Shown: piece after piece, positions 1 through 8,748 of the stretch
Position numbering within the stretch: position 1 is the stretch's first letter
Layout: every line of letters begins with the position of its first letter
From: a virus
Taxonomy: Duplodnaviria > Heunggongvirae > Uroviricota > Caudoviricetes
Direction: 5' to 3' (one strand)
IMG/VR virus record: IMGVR_UViG_3300028886_000034
Location: 54,081-118,080 of that record
DNA: 64,000 nt
Program-made: the position numbers and the translations under genes
The notes under the pieces: model-generated
The model's input: only the letters and a program-made list of their open reading frames with translations
Database searches by the model: none
Told to the model about the DNA's origin: nothing

Positions 1-93
1 TATTAGAATGTGACTGGTGGGAGAAGTATAATATTTAAAAATGTAATCTCCTAAAATGGGGAGGTCTTGGTTACATTCTACTCCCCCTAATAT

Positions 94-180
94 AGAGGGT
101 TATCCAAATTGGTTAAGGAACCTGTCTTGAAAACAGGCATACCTGAAAAGGTATTGGGAGTTCGAGTCTCCTGCCCTCTG
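94..180 (+). tRNA. tRNA-Ser (anticodon UGA), class II with long variable arm
   Basis: Hand-folded cloverleaf. The 7-bp acceptor is AGAGGGT/GCCCTCT (one G-U). The D-stem is 3 bp with a GG-containing D-loop. The anticodon stem CCTGT/ACAGG closes loop CTTGAAA. The variable arm is a 5-bp hairpin ATACC/GGTAT. The T-arm is GGGAG-TTCGAGT-CTCCT and the discriminator is G. Confidence 0.65.
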
Positions 181-251
181 TCCTAAACTTACTAAAGTAG
201 TATTAGTAAGAGTTTATAGACTTAGTATTTATTATGAGGAGGAATTTAAAC

Positions 252-389
252 ATGTTGAATTATGCGTTTACTTGGCTTACCGCTGCTAAGAATACTGTAG
301 CTGCTAATCCTATTACTTCCAGTGCAGTTCTTGTAGCTTTGCTTGTTATTATTGCTGGTGTTGTAGTTTATTTTAAGAGAGTTAAGTAA
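252..389 (+). CDS. small hydrophobic protein, 45 aa (single predicted transmembrane helix)
   Basis: ATG at 252 is preceded by GAGGAGG 9 nt upstream. The ORF is below the track cut-off. The product is MLNYAFTWLTAAKNTVAANPITSSAVLVALLVIIAGVVVYFKRVK, with a hydrophobic core and a basic C-terminus. Confidence 0.45.
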   Translation: MLNYAFTWLTAAKNTVAANPITSSAVLVALLVIIAGVVVYFKRVK

Positions 390-414
390 AAACTATTATT
401 TGGAGGTTGAAGCA

Positions 415-1068
415 ATGACTACTGAGAAGATGACTATTCATAAGGCGCTTTGTGAGGTCAAACTTGCAGATAAGAAAATTATGCAGTACACTAGTTTTAG
501 CAATAGGTATGTGGCTGTAAATAATAATCCTACTAATGATAATTTTAGAATTGATGGAATGTCAATTCAGGATTTTAGTTCTAAGGTAAGCAGTAATTAT
601 CAGGCAGTTACTGATCTGATTAGAAGAGTTGATGCTATTAAAGCTGCTATCAGTAAGTCTAATGCTGAAACCATCATTAATGTTGGTGGTAAGGAAATGA
701 CTGTTGCTGAAGCAATTTATCAGATGAAGTATGGGCTTAAGACTAAGAAAATGCTTCTTAATACTCTTCAGACTCAGCTTCAGTTTGCACAGAGTCAGCT
801 TGAAGAGGATACTAAAAAAGCTGAACAGAGACTTGAAAAAACCATTGAGACCCTGTATGGTAATAAGGATAAAACCAATATCAATACAGATGCTATCATG
901 GCCTTTAAGAAAAAGTACAATATGGAGAATCAGCCAGTTCTTATTGATCCTATTGATATTAATAAGAAGATTAACGCTCTTAGTATTGAGATTGATCAGT
1001 TTGAACTCAATGTTGATTCAGCACTTCAGGTTTCTAACGCAACTACCACTATTGAAATTGAGTACTAA
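415..1068 (+). CDS. hypothetical protein (217 aa)
   Basis: The long ORF in the track starts at TTG 400. An in-frame ATG at 415 sits 8 nt after GGAGG (402-406). No recognisable motif. Confidence 0.6.
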   Translation: MTTEKMTIHKALCEVKLADKKIMQYTSFSNRYVAVNNNPTNDNFRIDGMSIQDFSSKVSSNYQAVTDLIRRVDAIKAAISKSNAETIINVGGKEMTVAEAIYQMKYGLKTKKMLLNTLQTQLQFAQSQLEEDTKKAEQRLEKTIETLYGNKDKTNINTDAIMAFKKKYNMENQPVLIDPIDINKKINALSIEIDQFELNVDSALQVSNATTTIEIEY

Positions 1069-1664
1069 GTTTTAGTACTTAAAGATTTGATACTTGGTGA
1101 AAGTTCTAAATACTCTGTTTCATGATTTTCTGAGTATCTTATTCATGTAAAAATAAGAAAGATACTCTCCTAATATTTAGATGACCGCAAAGTTATCTAA
1201 TTATATTTTCACACCTGAAATGTGACGATATAATAACAATGCTTTTCTCTCAATTTTCCTGAGACTAGAAAGCCTTACATCTAATTTCAAATAATAGTCT
1301 TTGATTGATGACTATTTTATCTTGGATTGAGTAAGACTTTACTGAGTAGGGAGTAGTTAGTATTGTTGATTTAGTAGTTAGACCCTATGAAGAGGCTTGG
1401 TCGAACCTCACTTAAGATTTACTTAGTGAAATCACATTAGCTTTAATATAACGTAAACTCGTTCGCTAATAGTAAGTAGCTGGTAATTATTATGTAAATC
1501 TGTGAATAAAGGTCTGTACTATTTAAACAGAGTCTGAGTCTGAACATACCTCACAGCTATCAAGTATCTATATATTTTTCCGCTCATGATCGTTCTCCTT
1601 TGAAGTGGGGAGGAGTACCTCATTACTTCTCTCCACACCTAAAATTTTTTGAACAAATATTGAT

Positions 1665-1736
1665 GGGTCCATAGTTTATGTAGTAAAACAGGAGTCTCCA
1701 AAACTTCAGAACTATCTGCAAGCGGTAGTGGACCTG
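1665..1736 (+). tRNA. tRNA-like, possible tRNA-Trp (anticodon CCA), non-canonical D- and T-loops
   Basis: The 7-bp acceptor is GGGTCCA/TGGACCT, followed by G and an encoded CCA. The anticodon stem GGAGT/ACTTC closes loop CTCCAAA. The T-stem CTATC/GGTAG has an atypical TGCAAGC loop, and the D-loop lacks GG. The fold works but the conserved loop bases are missing. Confidence 0.3.
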
Positions 1737-1760
1737 CCATAAAATTTTTAAAATCACCTC

Positions 1761-1789
1761 TTGACAAATTCTTGTCAGTATGCTTTAAT
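1761..1789 (+). promoter_or_regulatory. sigma70-type promoter TTGACA-N17-TTTAAT
   Basis: The -35 TTGACA is at 1761-1766 and the -10 TTTAAT at 1784-1789, with exact 17-nt spacing. It lies upstream of the tRNA pair at 1934-2107. The same architecture recurs seven more times in the window. Confidence 0.45.
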
Positions 1790-1933
1790 ATCTTTGTTGG
1801 ACATGGTTCATAGTTTAAATAGCAAAATCTCACTGAGTAGTGTTTTCTATGTATGCTTCTAGAGCATAATTAGGAAAATGTGAAAGCTGAAGATCTTAAG
1901 TGCGAGTCTTAAGTGAACCCTTGATAATTTAAC

Positions 1934-2025
1934 TCTGGAGTAGTTTAATTGGAAAAACAGCTGACTTTGGATCAGTAAGTAAAGGGACCTCCTTTCTCAT
2001 CCTCGTTCGAATCGGGGCTCCAGAG
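1934..2025 (+). tRNA. tRNA-like with anticodon UUG (Gln) and an unusually long (24-nt) variable region; CCA encoded
   Basis: The acceptor TCTGGAG/CTCCAGA is 7 perfect bp, followed by G and CCA (2026-2028). The D-arm is GTTT/AAAC with AATTGG in its loop. The anticodon stem GCTGA/TCAGT closes loop CTTTGGA. A 24-nt insert with internal hairpin AAAGG/CCTTT precedes a canonical T-arm CCTCG-TTCGAAT-CGGGG. Confidence 0.35.
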
Positions 2026-2036
2026 CCAGTTCTAAT

Positions 2037-2107
2037 TCCTCCTTAACTCAATAGTAGAGTGGCGGTCTGTTAAACCGTATACGGTGGAGCGTAACCACCA
2101 GGAGGAG
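2037..2107 (+). tRNA. tRNA-Asn (anticodon GUU), atypical T-loop; CCA encoded
   Basis: The acceptor TCCTCCT/AGGAGGA is 7 bp, followed by G and CCA (2108-2110). The D-stem is ACTC/GAGT. The anticodon stem GCGGT/ACCGT closes loop CTGTTAA. The T-stem is GGTGG/CCACC with loop AGCGTAA. Confidence 0.4.
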
Positions 2108-2120
2108 CCATTAAAAATTA

Positions 2121-2147
2121 AATTGTAACCTAAAATGAGTTACAATT
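2121..2147 (+). terminator. perfect 9-bp hairpin (AATTGTAAC...GTTACAATT) immediately after the tRNA pair
   Basis: The inverted repeat is seen directly in the sequence and is followed by an A/T-rich tract. It could be a terminator or an RNA-processing hairpin. Confidence 0.35.
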
Positions 2148-2579
2148 AAAATCCTTTCACCCAAATCAGTGCTTGGGAAATAACAGTAAATAAAGGCTGA
2201 TCTACTTAGAAGATTGTAATGTCTTCATTTGGCATAAGTAGGATAGAAGTCTATTAGGGAATGTAACCCTCAATAAAAATTACCTTGGCTAAGGGATAGA
2301 CTTTATAAAAACTGTTAGAACCTACTACACTTGAGGTAGTAGTTATCCTATGAAACTTAATGTTGAGCCACCTTTAGTAGAAGCTAGAGCAGTGTTGAGT
2401 GGAGGATTCCGGAGAGTTGTCAGGTTACTGCAAGTGGTAAGAAACTGTCATCCTTTGATTGAAAGGGGAAAAGGATTGTAGTACATATATTACGCCCATT
2501 AAAGTCATCGAAAGTACTACACAAATGACCTATTCTTAGGGTCATGTAGATCATATAAATAAGTGAGTCAGTTTTGTAC

Positions 2580-2608
2580 TTGACAAATAACTATACTGCT
2601 GATATAAT
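2580..2608 (+). promoter_or_regulatory. sigma70-type promoter TTGACA-N17-TATAAT
   Basis: The -35 TTGACA is at 2580-2585 and a consensus -10 TATAAT at 2603-2608. It lies about 170 nt upstream of the Thr-Leu-Ile tRNA cluster. Confidence 0.5.
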
Positions 2609-2777
2609 TTTCCTGGATAAAGGTCTTCAGTAAGTAGTTATTGAAAGATCTACACCTTTTAACCATCTATCTATACTATAGCTAAGGATGGAGCACTCTC
2701 TGTTAATCAGAAGTAAAATATAGTATAGAACTTTCCTAAATCTTTTGAGTGATGTAGACTACAAATAAGATTTATTT

Positions 2778-2851
2778 GCCCCTATAGTATAACGGCTATT
2801 ATACTTCTCTTGTAAAGAAGTGATGGAAGTTCAACTCTTTTCCTAGGGGCT
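2778..2851 (+). tRNA. tRNA-Thr (anticodon UGU); CCA encoded
   Basis: The acceptor GCCCCTA/TAGGGGC is 7 bp, followed by T and CCA (2852-2854). The anticodon stem CTTCT/AGAAG closes loop CTTGTAA. The T-stem GGAAG/TTTCC has an enlarged 9-nt loop, TTCAACTCT. Confidence 0.5.
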
Positions 2852-2876
2852 CCATAAAATATAAAAATAGTTAAAT

Positions 2877-2960
2877 GCCCAGGTGGTGGAATAGGTAGAC
2901 ACAAGGGACTTAAAATCCCTTGCCATCTCTGGCGTGGGGGTTCGAGTCCCCCCCTGGGCA
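2877..2960 (+). tRNA. tRNA-Leu (anticodon UAA), class II
   Basis: The acceptor is GCCCAGG/CCTGGGC with discriminator A. The D-stem is 3 bp with a GG-containing loop. The anticodon stem AGGGA/TCCCT closes loop CTTAAAA. The variable arm is a 15-nt hairpin. The T-arm is GGGGG-TTCGAGT-CCCCC. Confidence 0.7.
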
Positions 2961-2972
2961 CCATTATTACAT

Positions 2973-3045
2973 GGACTTGTAGCTCAATTGGTAGAGTAGG
3001 CGACTTATAATCGCCAGGTTCTGGGATCATACCCCAGCGAGTCCA
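2973..3045 (+). tRNA. tRNA-Ile (anticodon UAU); CCA encoded at 3046-3048
   Basis: The acceptor is GGACTTG/CGAGTCC. The D-arm is GCTC-AATTGGTA-GAGT. The anticodon stem GGCGA/TCGCC closes loop CTTATAA. The T-stem is CTGGG/CCCAG with loop ATCATAC. The discriminator A is followed by CCA. Confidence 0.55.
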
Positions 3046-3117
3046 CCATACCTTTGACTTTTAAACTAGTTTACCTAGTTCTTACAAATATAAAACTTAT
3101 AAAAGGAGTGTTTATCA

Positions 3118-3954
3118 ATGTTTACAAAACCTCTTTTGTTGAATGGGGGGAAAGATGAGTATAAGATATACAGAATGACCTTTGCGGAAGCACAAACTTA
3201 TGATTCGACTATTAGTGTTGGGTTTGTTATTAAAAATAAATCTGAAAAATTTAAAATTGTTTTAGTTATAAATGATCGTTTAATTGGTAAACCAGCTGCG
3301 TCAGCTTACGGTACATATGGCAATGGAGACGATCCTTATTATAATACTCCTCCCGATATGGGATGGTTTGAACTAAGAGCATATTGCTCTGATCCTGACA
3401 TAGCCCATTTAGGCTCTTTTTCTATTTATTTTCCATATATCGATCAAACATTTAATTATGACGGAGAAACTTTAACCTATTATGATTATGGTGAAGATTC
3501 ATTTTATAGTATTTATTTATCAAGTAGACCGGCAGATAGCTGTTATAATCGTATAATAGATTTGTTTAACACCTATGTTAGAGAAGACAACAATGATAAC
3601 GTAAGGACCGTTGATATTTCGTATAGAGAAGGTGAAGGCAGATACAAGGGTATGGTGTTAAGGGTTAATAATATATCGGTTGGTGAAAGTGCATATGTTG
3701 AATGGGATTTTGTTCCGTATACAGTTCAACAAACTAGATATCAACTTAATTCTATAACTTTATACTATGATGAAAATCGGGTATATTCTCAGACTTATAA
3801 TAGTTTAACTGCTTCTGGAAGTTGGACAGCTCCAGACCCTGCCTCTGTAAGTGATGTTGGTGAACATACAGTCCGTATAGACTTTCGAGTAGGAATGGAT
3901 GCGTGGTGGCAGAACGAACAATACGATATTTCAAAAACATTTACAGTAACATAA
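3118..3954 (+). CDS. hypothetical protein (278 aa), Tyr/Asp-rich
   Basis: The ORF has an AAAAGGAG Shine-Dalgarno 7-8 nt upstream. No diagnostic motif. Confidence 0.7.
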   Translation: MFTKPLLLNGGKDEYKIYRMTFAEAQTYDSTISVGFVIKNKSEKFKIVLVINDRLIGKPAASAYGTYGNGDDPYYNTPPDMGWFELRAYCSDPDIAHLGSFSIYFPYIDQTFNYDGETLTYYDYGEDSFYSIYLSSRPADSCYNRIIDLFNTYVREDNNDNVRTVDISYREGEGRYKGMVLRVNNISVGESAYVEWDFVPYTVQQTRYQLNSITLYYDENRVYSQTYNSLTASGSWTAPDPASVSDVGEHTVRIDFRVGMDAWWQNEQYDISKTFTVT

Positions 3955-3978
3955 AAGAAAAGAAAGGGTGTAGTTAAT

Positions 3979-4149
3979 ATGTCTGCTAAATACTATCTTA
4001 AAACTGATGAAGGGCATAGAGTTGAGGTTTCTGAGAGCTATTTTGATTCAGTTCAGCAACTTTATGATGAATCAAGTATTTCAGCAACTGGTGATAGCTA
4101 TGGTAATGAGGAAATTGTTCTTTATGTAGACGAAGTTGATATGCCTTAA
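3979..4149 (+). CDS. small acidic protein (56 aa)
   Basis: The ATG at 3979 is preceded by a purine-rich tract, and the ORF is below the track threshold. It is co-directional and tightly spaced with its neighbours. Confidence 0.4.
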   Translation: MSAKYYLKTDEGHRVEVSESYFDSVQQLYDESSISATGDSYGNEEIVLYVDEVDMP

Positions 4150-4159
4150 GAAAGGATTG

Positions 4160-4336
4160 ATGTATAACATGACTGAATGGTATTTTACAGAAGACAGTAC
4201 AGGTACTAGAACAATGGTGAAGAAGAAGGAGTATAAAGATCTTCAGTATCAGAGATTTAAGAATAATGAAGATCCTTATCCACAGAAAGTAGATACTACT
4301 AAACATAACTTGGTAGTGCATACATTGTATGTTTGA
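4160..4336 (+). CDS. small hypothetical protein (58 aa); start uncertain (4160 or 4169)
   Basis: This is the track ORF 4136-4336. AAGGA at 4152-4156 sits 12 nt before the ATG at 4169. Confidence 0.3.
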   Translation: MYNMTEWYFTEDSTGTRTMVKKKEYKDLQYQRFKNNEDPYPQKVDTTKHNLVVHTLYV

Positions 4337-4474
4337 TGTATTCTTTTCCTGGTTATCAGGAGTATTTGATAGTTCAATAAAGTTATTGCCATATATACAA
4401 TACGTAGTTATAATTTTTATAATTGTAATGTTGATAAAAGCTTTTATTTTTGATAAAAATAAATAAGAAAGGAT

Positions 4475-5083
4475 ATGATATTTATGTTGGGTAGTTATGA
4501 GATTCATGTTGTTCCCGGTAAGCTTCCTCAGAAGGTTGCTTCCGCATTTACAGAGATTTTTGGTAATATGGTTGGTGCTGAGTATAATGTGATTGCATAC
4601 CTTGGTAGTAAGGTTGTTTCTGGAGTTAATCATGCTATTCTTGCTACACAGACCATGATTACTGGAAATGATGTTCATAATGTGGTTCTTATTGTTCTTA
4701 ATGAGAAGGATGATAAGTTCAGTATTGTGGAGATTACCAATGTCCTGTCTGACTCTGGTAAGATGGGTGGGGTTCAGATTAATCCTACTACTGATATTCC
4801 TGAAGAGGCCATGAAGGTTCTTGAGGATAATCTTGCTGGATTTGTTGGTAGTAATGTTTCAGTTTTTGCACTTATTGGTACACAGGTTGTCAATGGTGTG
4901 AAGTACGTCTTTGCTGGTGAAACAGAGATGGTGCTTTCTCCTGAGGCTATGACTAAGGGTAATCCTAACAGGGTTGTTCTTATCAGTGTGTATTCCAATT
5001 ACGATAAGATTGAATTCAAGGAGATTCTTGAAGGGGTTCCTCAGCAGGGTCTTCTTGGACAGCCTCTTGGTGAGTGGCCCTAA
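4475..5083 (+). CDS. hypothetical protein with an internal tandem duplication (202 aa)
   Basis: AAGGA lies upstream. Two halves resemble each other: GSKVVSGVNHAILATQTMITGNDVHNVVLIV and GTQVVNGVKYVFAGETEMV...NRVVLISV. Confidence 0.6.
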   Translation: MIFMLGSYEIHVVPGKLPQKVASAFTEIFGNMVGAEYNVIAYLGSKVVSGVNHAILATQTMITGNDVHNVVLIVLNEKDDKFSIVEITNVLSDSGKMGGVQINPTTDIPEEAMKVLEDNLAGFVGSNVSVFALIGTQVVNGVKYVFAGETEMVLSPEAMTKGNPNRVVLISVYSNYDKIEFKEILEGVPQQGLLGQPLGEWP

Positions 5084-5384
5084 TAATAGATAAGCATTGA
5101 CTATAGGTCTATCAGATAGACTACTTAAACTGATCATTTGAGTACTGATATTCCTATAGCCTTTTAAAGAATTAACCATAGGTCTTCGCATCTTCCAGAT
5201 AGCTTAGATACTGATCAACTAAGCAACAGACTTATAAAGCTGCGTATATTCCTATGGCTTTTTAGTTTAAAATTTAATACCTCTCAGAGGGGTGAAATTC
5301 CCCTCAAACCTTTTCTTTTTGACCTGTTTTTTCTTGATTAAAAAAGCAGAGACAATCACCCTTATATAAAGGAGACTACCCATA

Positions 5385-5921
5385 ATGAGTATGGAGAAAA
5401 CAATTAAGTTATTTGATTCAGAGTTTAAAAAAGATAGTGTCAAGATTACTCCATTTGAAGCTAGAAAGCTTTTAGAAATGGAACTAGTTTATTGGGATAG
5501 AGATCAAACCTCTCCCTATAAAGCTAGAGTTTTGGTCTTTAAGTATCCCAATCATTATTACCAATATAAAGAAAGTGGGATAACAAATATGAATATGACT
5601 ATAAATAAATGTGAAAATGTGACTAATAATGCCGAACGTTATTATCAGCCAGAAAATGTTAAGGCTATCAGGGAAACTATTGAAGCTGTAATGAAAAACG
5701 CCGGTAAAACAGATCTTAAAGATATTGACTTGGATATGCTTAGTAGTTGTATTAATGCAACTTTCAATAGAAAGAAACTGTTTTATAAATGGTTTGATGA
5801 GTATATTAATGGTAGTGATTGTTCTGAAGAAGAAAGATCTACTGCTTGTGAGTTTTTAGATTGGGTATTTCTGCATAAGATTGATGGAGATAAAACTGGG
5901 GATTTGTATTTTAAAGAGTAA
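5385..5921 (+). CDS. hypothetical protein (178 aa)
   Basis: The ORF has an AAAGGAG Shine-Dalgarno. Confidence 0.65.
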   Translation: MSMEKTIKLFDSEFKKDSVKITPFEARKLLEMELVYWDRDQTSPYKARVLVFKYPNHYYQYKESGITNMNMTINKCENVTNNAERYYQPENVKAIRETIEAVMKNAGKTDLKDIDLDMLSSCINATFNRKKLFYKWFDEYINGSDCSEEERSTACEFLDWVFLHKIDGDKTGDLYFKE

Positions 5922-5926
5922 CTAAA

Positions 5927-6001
5927 CGGGTATTAGCGCAGTCTGGTTAGCGTATCTGCTTTGGGAGCAGAGGGTCGGAGGTTCAAATCCTCCATACCCG
6001 A
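5927..6001 (+). tRNA. tRNA-Pro (anticodon UGG); CCA encoded at 6002-6004
   Basis: The acceptor CGGGTAT/ATACCCG is 7 Watson-Crick bp. The D-arm is GCGC-AGTCTGGTTA-GCGT. The anticodon stem TCTGC/GCAGA closes loop TTTGGGA. The T-arm is GGAGG-TTCAAAT-CCTCC. The discriminator A is followed by CCA. Confidence 0.75.
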
Positions 6002-6118
6002 CCATTAGAATTTAAAGTAAATATTTTAGTATAAACAGAGAGTCTAAGGAGTGGAGCAAAATCCCTCTTGACTCTCTTATTTTTTTATGGTAATATTTGT
6101 ATGGGTGGTGATTGGTAT

Positions 6119-6406
6119 ATGAAAAGGTATTATAATGTGGTATTAACTGTATATGAAGATGATAATAATATAAGTTATTATAACAGTGAGTTCTTTTTTA
6201 AAAGGACTAGAGGTTCTTCATTAGGCGATATAACTCATCCATATTTGACTATTTATAGCTGTTATCCATCATCTTATCAAAATCATGGTACTATGTATGA
6301 TAGTTATTGTATGATTATTAATAATGCTATTCCAAAATTAGAGCTGATTTTATATTCTGCAAAAATAGATTTATCAGGGTCTAAATTTTATATTAAGGTG
6401 ATTTGA
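6119..6406 (+). CDS. small protein, paralog A of a tandem pair (95 aa)
   Basis: The start is chosen at the MKRYY motif, which has the same GGTGAT-N5-ATG context as the next gene. The C-terminus ends ...YIKVI. Confidence 0.5.
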   Translation: MKRYYNVVLTVYEDDNNISYYNSEFFFKRTRGSSLGDITHPYLTIYSCYPSSYQNHGTMYDSYCMIINNAIPKLELILYSAKIDLSGSKFYIKVI

Positions 6407-6407
6407 T

Positions 6408-6692
6408 ATGAAAAGGTATTATTTGATTTCTACATGTTTATATTATGAAAAAATTAGTCCGTATTATAATAATGCTTTATTTTTTAAAAGAACTAAGAAT
6501 TCTTCAGTAGAAACTATAACATATCCATATATGATGATATATAAGAATTTTCCATTAGCTTACCAGACTCGTGGAAAGAGTTATATTGAACTTAGCAAGG
6601 TGGTTAGTAATACAAGTCCTAAATGGCAGTTAAAAGTATATGCTGAAAAAATTGATTTTAAAGAGTCTAAGGATTATATCAAGGTGATTTGA
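6408..6692 (+). CDS. small protein, paralog B (94 aa)
   Basis: It shares MKRYY...FFKRT...YIKVI with the upstream gene. The start lies 1 nt after the upstream stop. Confidence 0.55.
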   Translation: MKRYYLISTCLYYEKISPYYNNALFFKRTKNSSVETITYPYMMIYKNFPLAYQTRGKSYIELSKVVSNTSPKWQLKVYAEKIDFKESKDYIKVI

Positions 6693-6693
6693 T

Positions 6694-6879
6694 ATGCTTA
6701 TTAATGAATGGCAGGTTAAATACAATGAAACTGTGATATATAAGTCATATACCTGGATTCCAGATGATAGAGTTGAGAGTAAGCATTATTGGATTAGCCT
6801 TAATAATAAAATAATGCTAGGACTGTGGGAGTATATGATTGTAGGAGATGTTCCAAATATAATGATAGAGGTTATATAG
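6694..6879 (+). CDS. small hypothetical protein (61 aa)
   Basis: The start is coupled to the stop of the upstream gene. The upstream C-terminal codons AAGGTGAT act as its Shine-Dalgarno. Confidence 0.45.
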   Translation: MLINEWQVKYNETVIYKSYTWIPDDRVESKHYWISLNNKIMLGLWEYMIVGDVPNIMIEVI

Positions 6880-6881
6880 TA

Positions 6882-7187
6882 ATGTATTCTATTAACATAA
6901 CAATATCTGAGTTTAGTAATAGAAATGCTATTTATAAGACTAGATATATTAGGACTAAATTGAAAAATCTAAAATCTATTTGTAATGCAGTAGATAATGG
7001 GATGTTTAAGAATGATATGTTTTATAATACAGTAATTTCAGATGTATTTAAACAGCTTCTATATGAGGACTCTATTAATAAGTCATTTAGTATTACATTG
7101 ATGTATAGCACAATGAAAACAACATCTATGATTTTATTTATTACAGCTGTAAAACAAACTAATGATGAAATTATAGCTGTTATATGA
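6882..7187 (+). CDS. small hypothetical protein (101 aa)
   Basis: The ATG at 6882 follows GAGG by 9 nt. The track ORF 6825-7187 is trimmed to this start. Confidence 0.45.
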   Translation: MYSINITISEFSNRNAIYKTRYIRTKLKNLKSICNAVDNGMFKNDMFYNTVISDVFKQLLYEDSINKSFSITLMYSTMKTTSMILFITAVKQTNDEIIAVI

Positions 7188-7209
7188 TAAGAAGGGTTGA
7201 TGAATTAAT

Positions 7210-7554
7210 ATGATTGATAATTACACTGTTATTAAAGTTAGTTTATATGATGTTACTGAAGAACCTGGTAGTATTCATTGGCATAATAGGTATGATACAA
7301 GTATTATATTTCTTGGCATTAAGAACTTTATAAGTAATTTTGATTCAGTTTATGAATTATATAACGATTATAATTTGAAGATAACTGATTGGAGAAACTT
7401 GTATCATAGAGAAGGTCTCATTACTAAAGACATAGGTATTATGATTAGAGGATTTAAATGCTATAAGTATTTTAAAAAAAGAAAATGCTGGACTATTGAA
7501 AGAGATTATGTCATTAAGAAAGATGTAAGAAAAGACTTTATAAAGGTGGTATAA
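7210..7554 (+). CDS. small hypothetical protein (114 aa)
   Basis: The ORF ends ...DFIKVV. Its final codons AAAGGTGGT form the Shine-Dalgarno for the next gene. Confidence 0.5.
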   Translation: MIDNYTVIKVSLYDVTEEPGSIHWHNRYDTSIIFLGIKNFISNFDSVYELYNDYNLKITDWRNLYHREGLITKDIGIMIRGFKCYKYFKKRKCWTIERDYVIKKDVRKDFIKVV

Positions 7555-7556
7555 AC

Positions 7557-7802
7557 ATGTGGGATACCTTTACAAGATATGACTCGGGTTTAGAAGTATA
7601 TGATTCCGGAAAAAGCACCTATCCTTTAAAATTAAAAAAACTGTATAAAAAAGTATCGAATGAGTTTGGTTATGAATCTATAGGTTTTAGTAAAGGCTAT
7701 ACTACCGAAGAGATTTTAAATCAGCATATAAAAAACGGTATGATTAATGTTTTTGAATTGCCTACTGATTTAGTTAGTAGATTAGAGATTAATTTTGTTT
7801 AA
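7557..7802 (+). CDS. small hypothetical protein (81 aa)
   Basis: The ORF is coupled to the upstream gene. Confidence 0.5.
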   Translation: MWDTFTRYDSGLEVYDSGKSTYPLKLKKLYKKVSNEFGYESIGFSKGYTTEEILNQHIKNGMINVFELPTDLVSRLEINFV

Positions 7803-7818
7803 AAGGAGTCAAATTTTC

Positions 7819-8031
7819 GTGAATTTGGTTATATGCAGCTTATTCGAGTCATATCAATTAGCAACTATGCATTTAGCTCAAAACAATTTTGAATATAAAT
7901 TTTATGAATCAATTATATTACGGAAGATATCTAAAATTTATCCTTCACCGTGGCCAGATTATGTCTATAGGTATGATAATTATCAATTGACATTAAATTT
8001 TTTAACATCTATAAAGATCGATATAATTTAA
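7819..8031 (+). CDS. small hypothetical protein, probable GTG start (70 aa)
   Basis: AAGGAG (7803-7808) lies 10 nt before an in-frame GTG. The track ORF began at TTG 7795. Confidence 0.4.
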   Translation: MNLVICSLFESYQLATMHLAQNNFEYKFYESIILRKISKIYPSPWPDYVYRYDNYQLTLNFLTSIKIDII

Positions 8032-8050
8032 ATATTTGGAGGGATATATT

Positions 8051-8521
8051 ATGAAGGATGTATATACTTTAGTTAATGATTGTTTTAATAATGTTATAAA
8101 TGCAGTTAATAAGTTTGGGTATAATGTATCTTATATGAAACCTGTAGTAGATTCTAATGCACATTATACTAATGGAAAACCAGTTCAGAAAAAGGACCAG
8201 ATATGGGCATCTTCTTGGGGGGAAAATGGTATAATATATATTAATCCTAATTATACTGAAGTACTTAATTACTTTGGTTTAGATATGCCTCCAGAGAAAT
8301 GGTTTACCTTTATTATTGGATATCAGGTAGCCAAAGAATTGTATAAGAATCATTGGAAAGAGAAAGACAAGGCAAATATCTATAATAAGGCTAATAATGA
8401 TAAATCTTTTCATAGTCTTTATTTAGATAGTCTTAATGGAAGTGCAGGTAGTGTTATTAATGAGGAAACTTGTTGTGAGTATTTTGCTAATATGATTTGT
8501 AGGAGCTTAGGATTGAAATGA
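8051..8521 (+). CDS. hypothetical protein (156 aa)
   Basis: GGAGGG (8038-8043) lies 7 nt before the ATG at 8051. Confidence 0.55.
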   Translation: MKDVYTLVNDCFNNVINAVNKFGYNVSYMKPVVDSNAHYTNGKPVQKKDQIWASSWGENGIIYINPNYTEVLNYFGLDMPPEKWFTFIIGYQVAKELYKNHWKEKDKANIYNKANNDKSFHSLYLDSLNGSAGSVINEETCCEYFANMICRSLGLK

Positions 8522-8748
8522 TTACAATTAAAGGTGTAGTAAATTCAGATAAGTATTATGCGCAAGGTGATAGTCTGAAGGTTCTTTATGAGGCTATTGA
8601 ATACGTTAACTCCTTTGAGGAATATCCTAGTTGCGTTTTAACTATTGAGGATGATTCTATGAAAGGATGTATTTTAGAGTTGACTCGTGATGGATATAGT
8701 TGGAGCGTTGATGTAATACATTTTCTAAATAAAAGGAGTATAAAATGA
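8518..8748 (+). CDS. small hypothetical protein (76 aa)
   Basis: An ATGA start/stop overlap couples it to the upstream gene. Confidence 0.5.
   Translation: MITIKGVVNSDKYYAQGDSLKVLYEAIEYVNSFEEYPSCVLTIEDDSMKGCILELTRDGYSWSVDVIHFLNKRSIK

Noticed and set aside
1639-1833. 64-aa minus-strand ORF in the tRNA region
   Set aside because: It has no Shine-Dalgarno. It overlaps the Trp-like tRNA fold and the plus-strand promoter at 1761.
2782-3030. 82-aa minus-strand ORF
   Set aside because: It lies entirely within the Thr-Leu-Ile tRNA cluster. Its GGLEPP-type peptide is the reverse translation of tRNA stems.
3998-4678. 226-aa minus-strand ORF
   Set aside because: It is a low-complexity, Ile/Asn-rich reading frame antisense to three plus-strand genes with good Shine-Dalgarno sites. 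It has no Shine-Dalgarno of its own and is typical AT-rich antisense noise.
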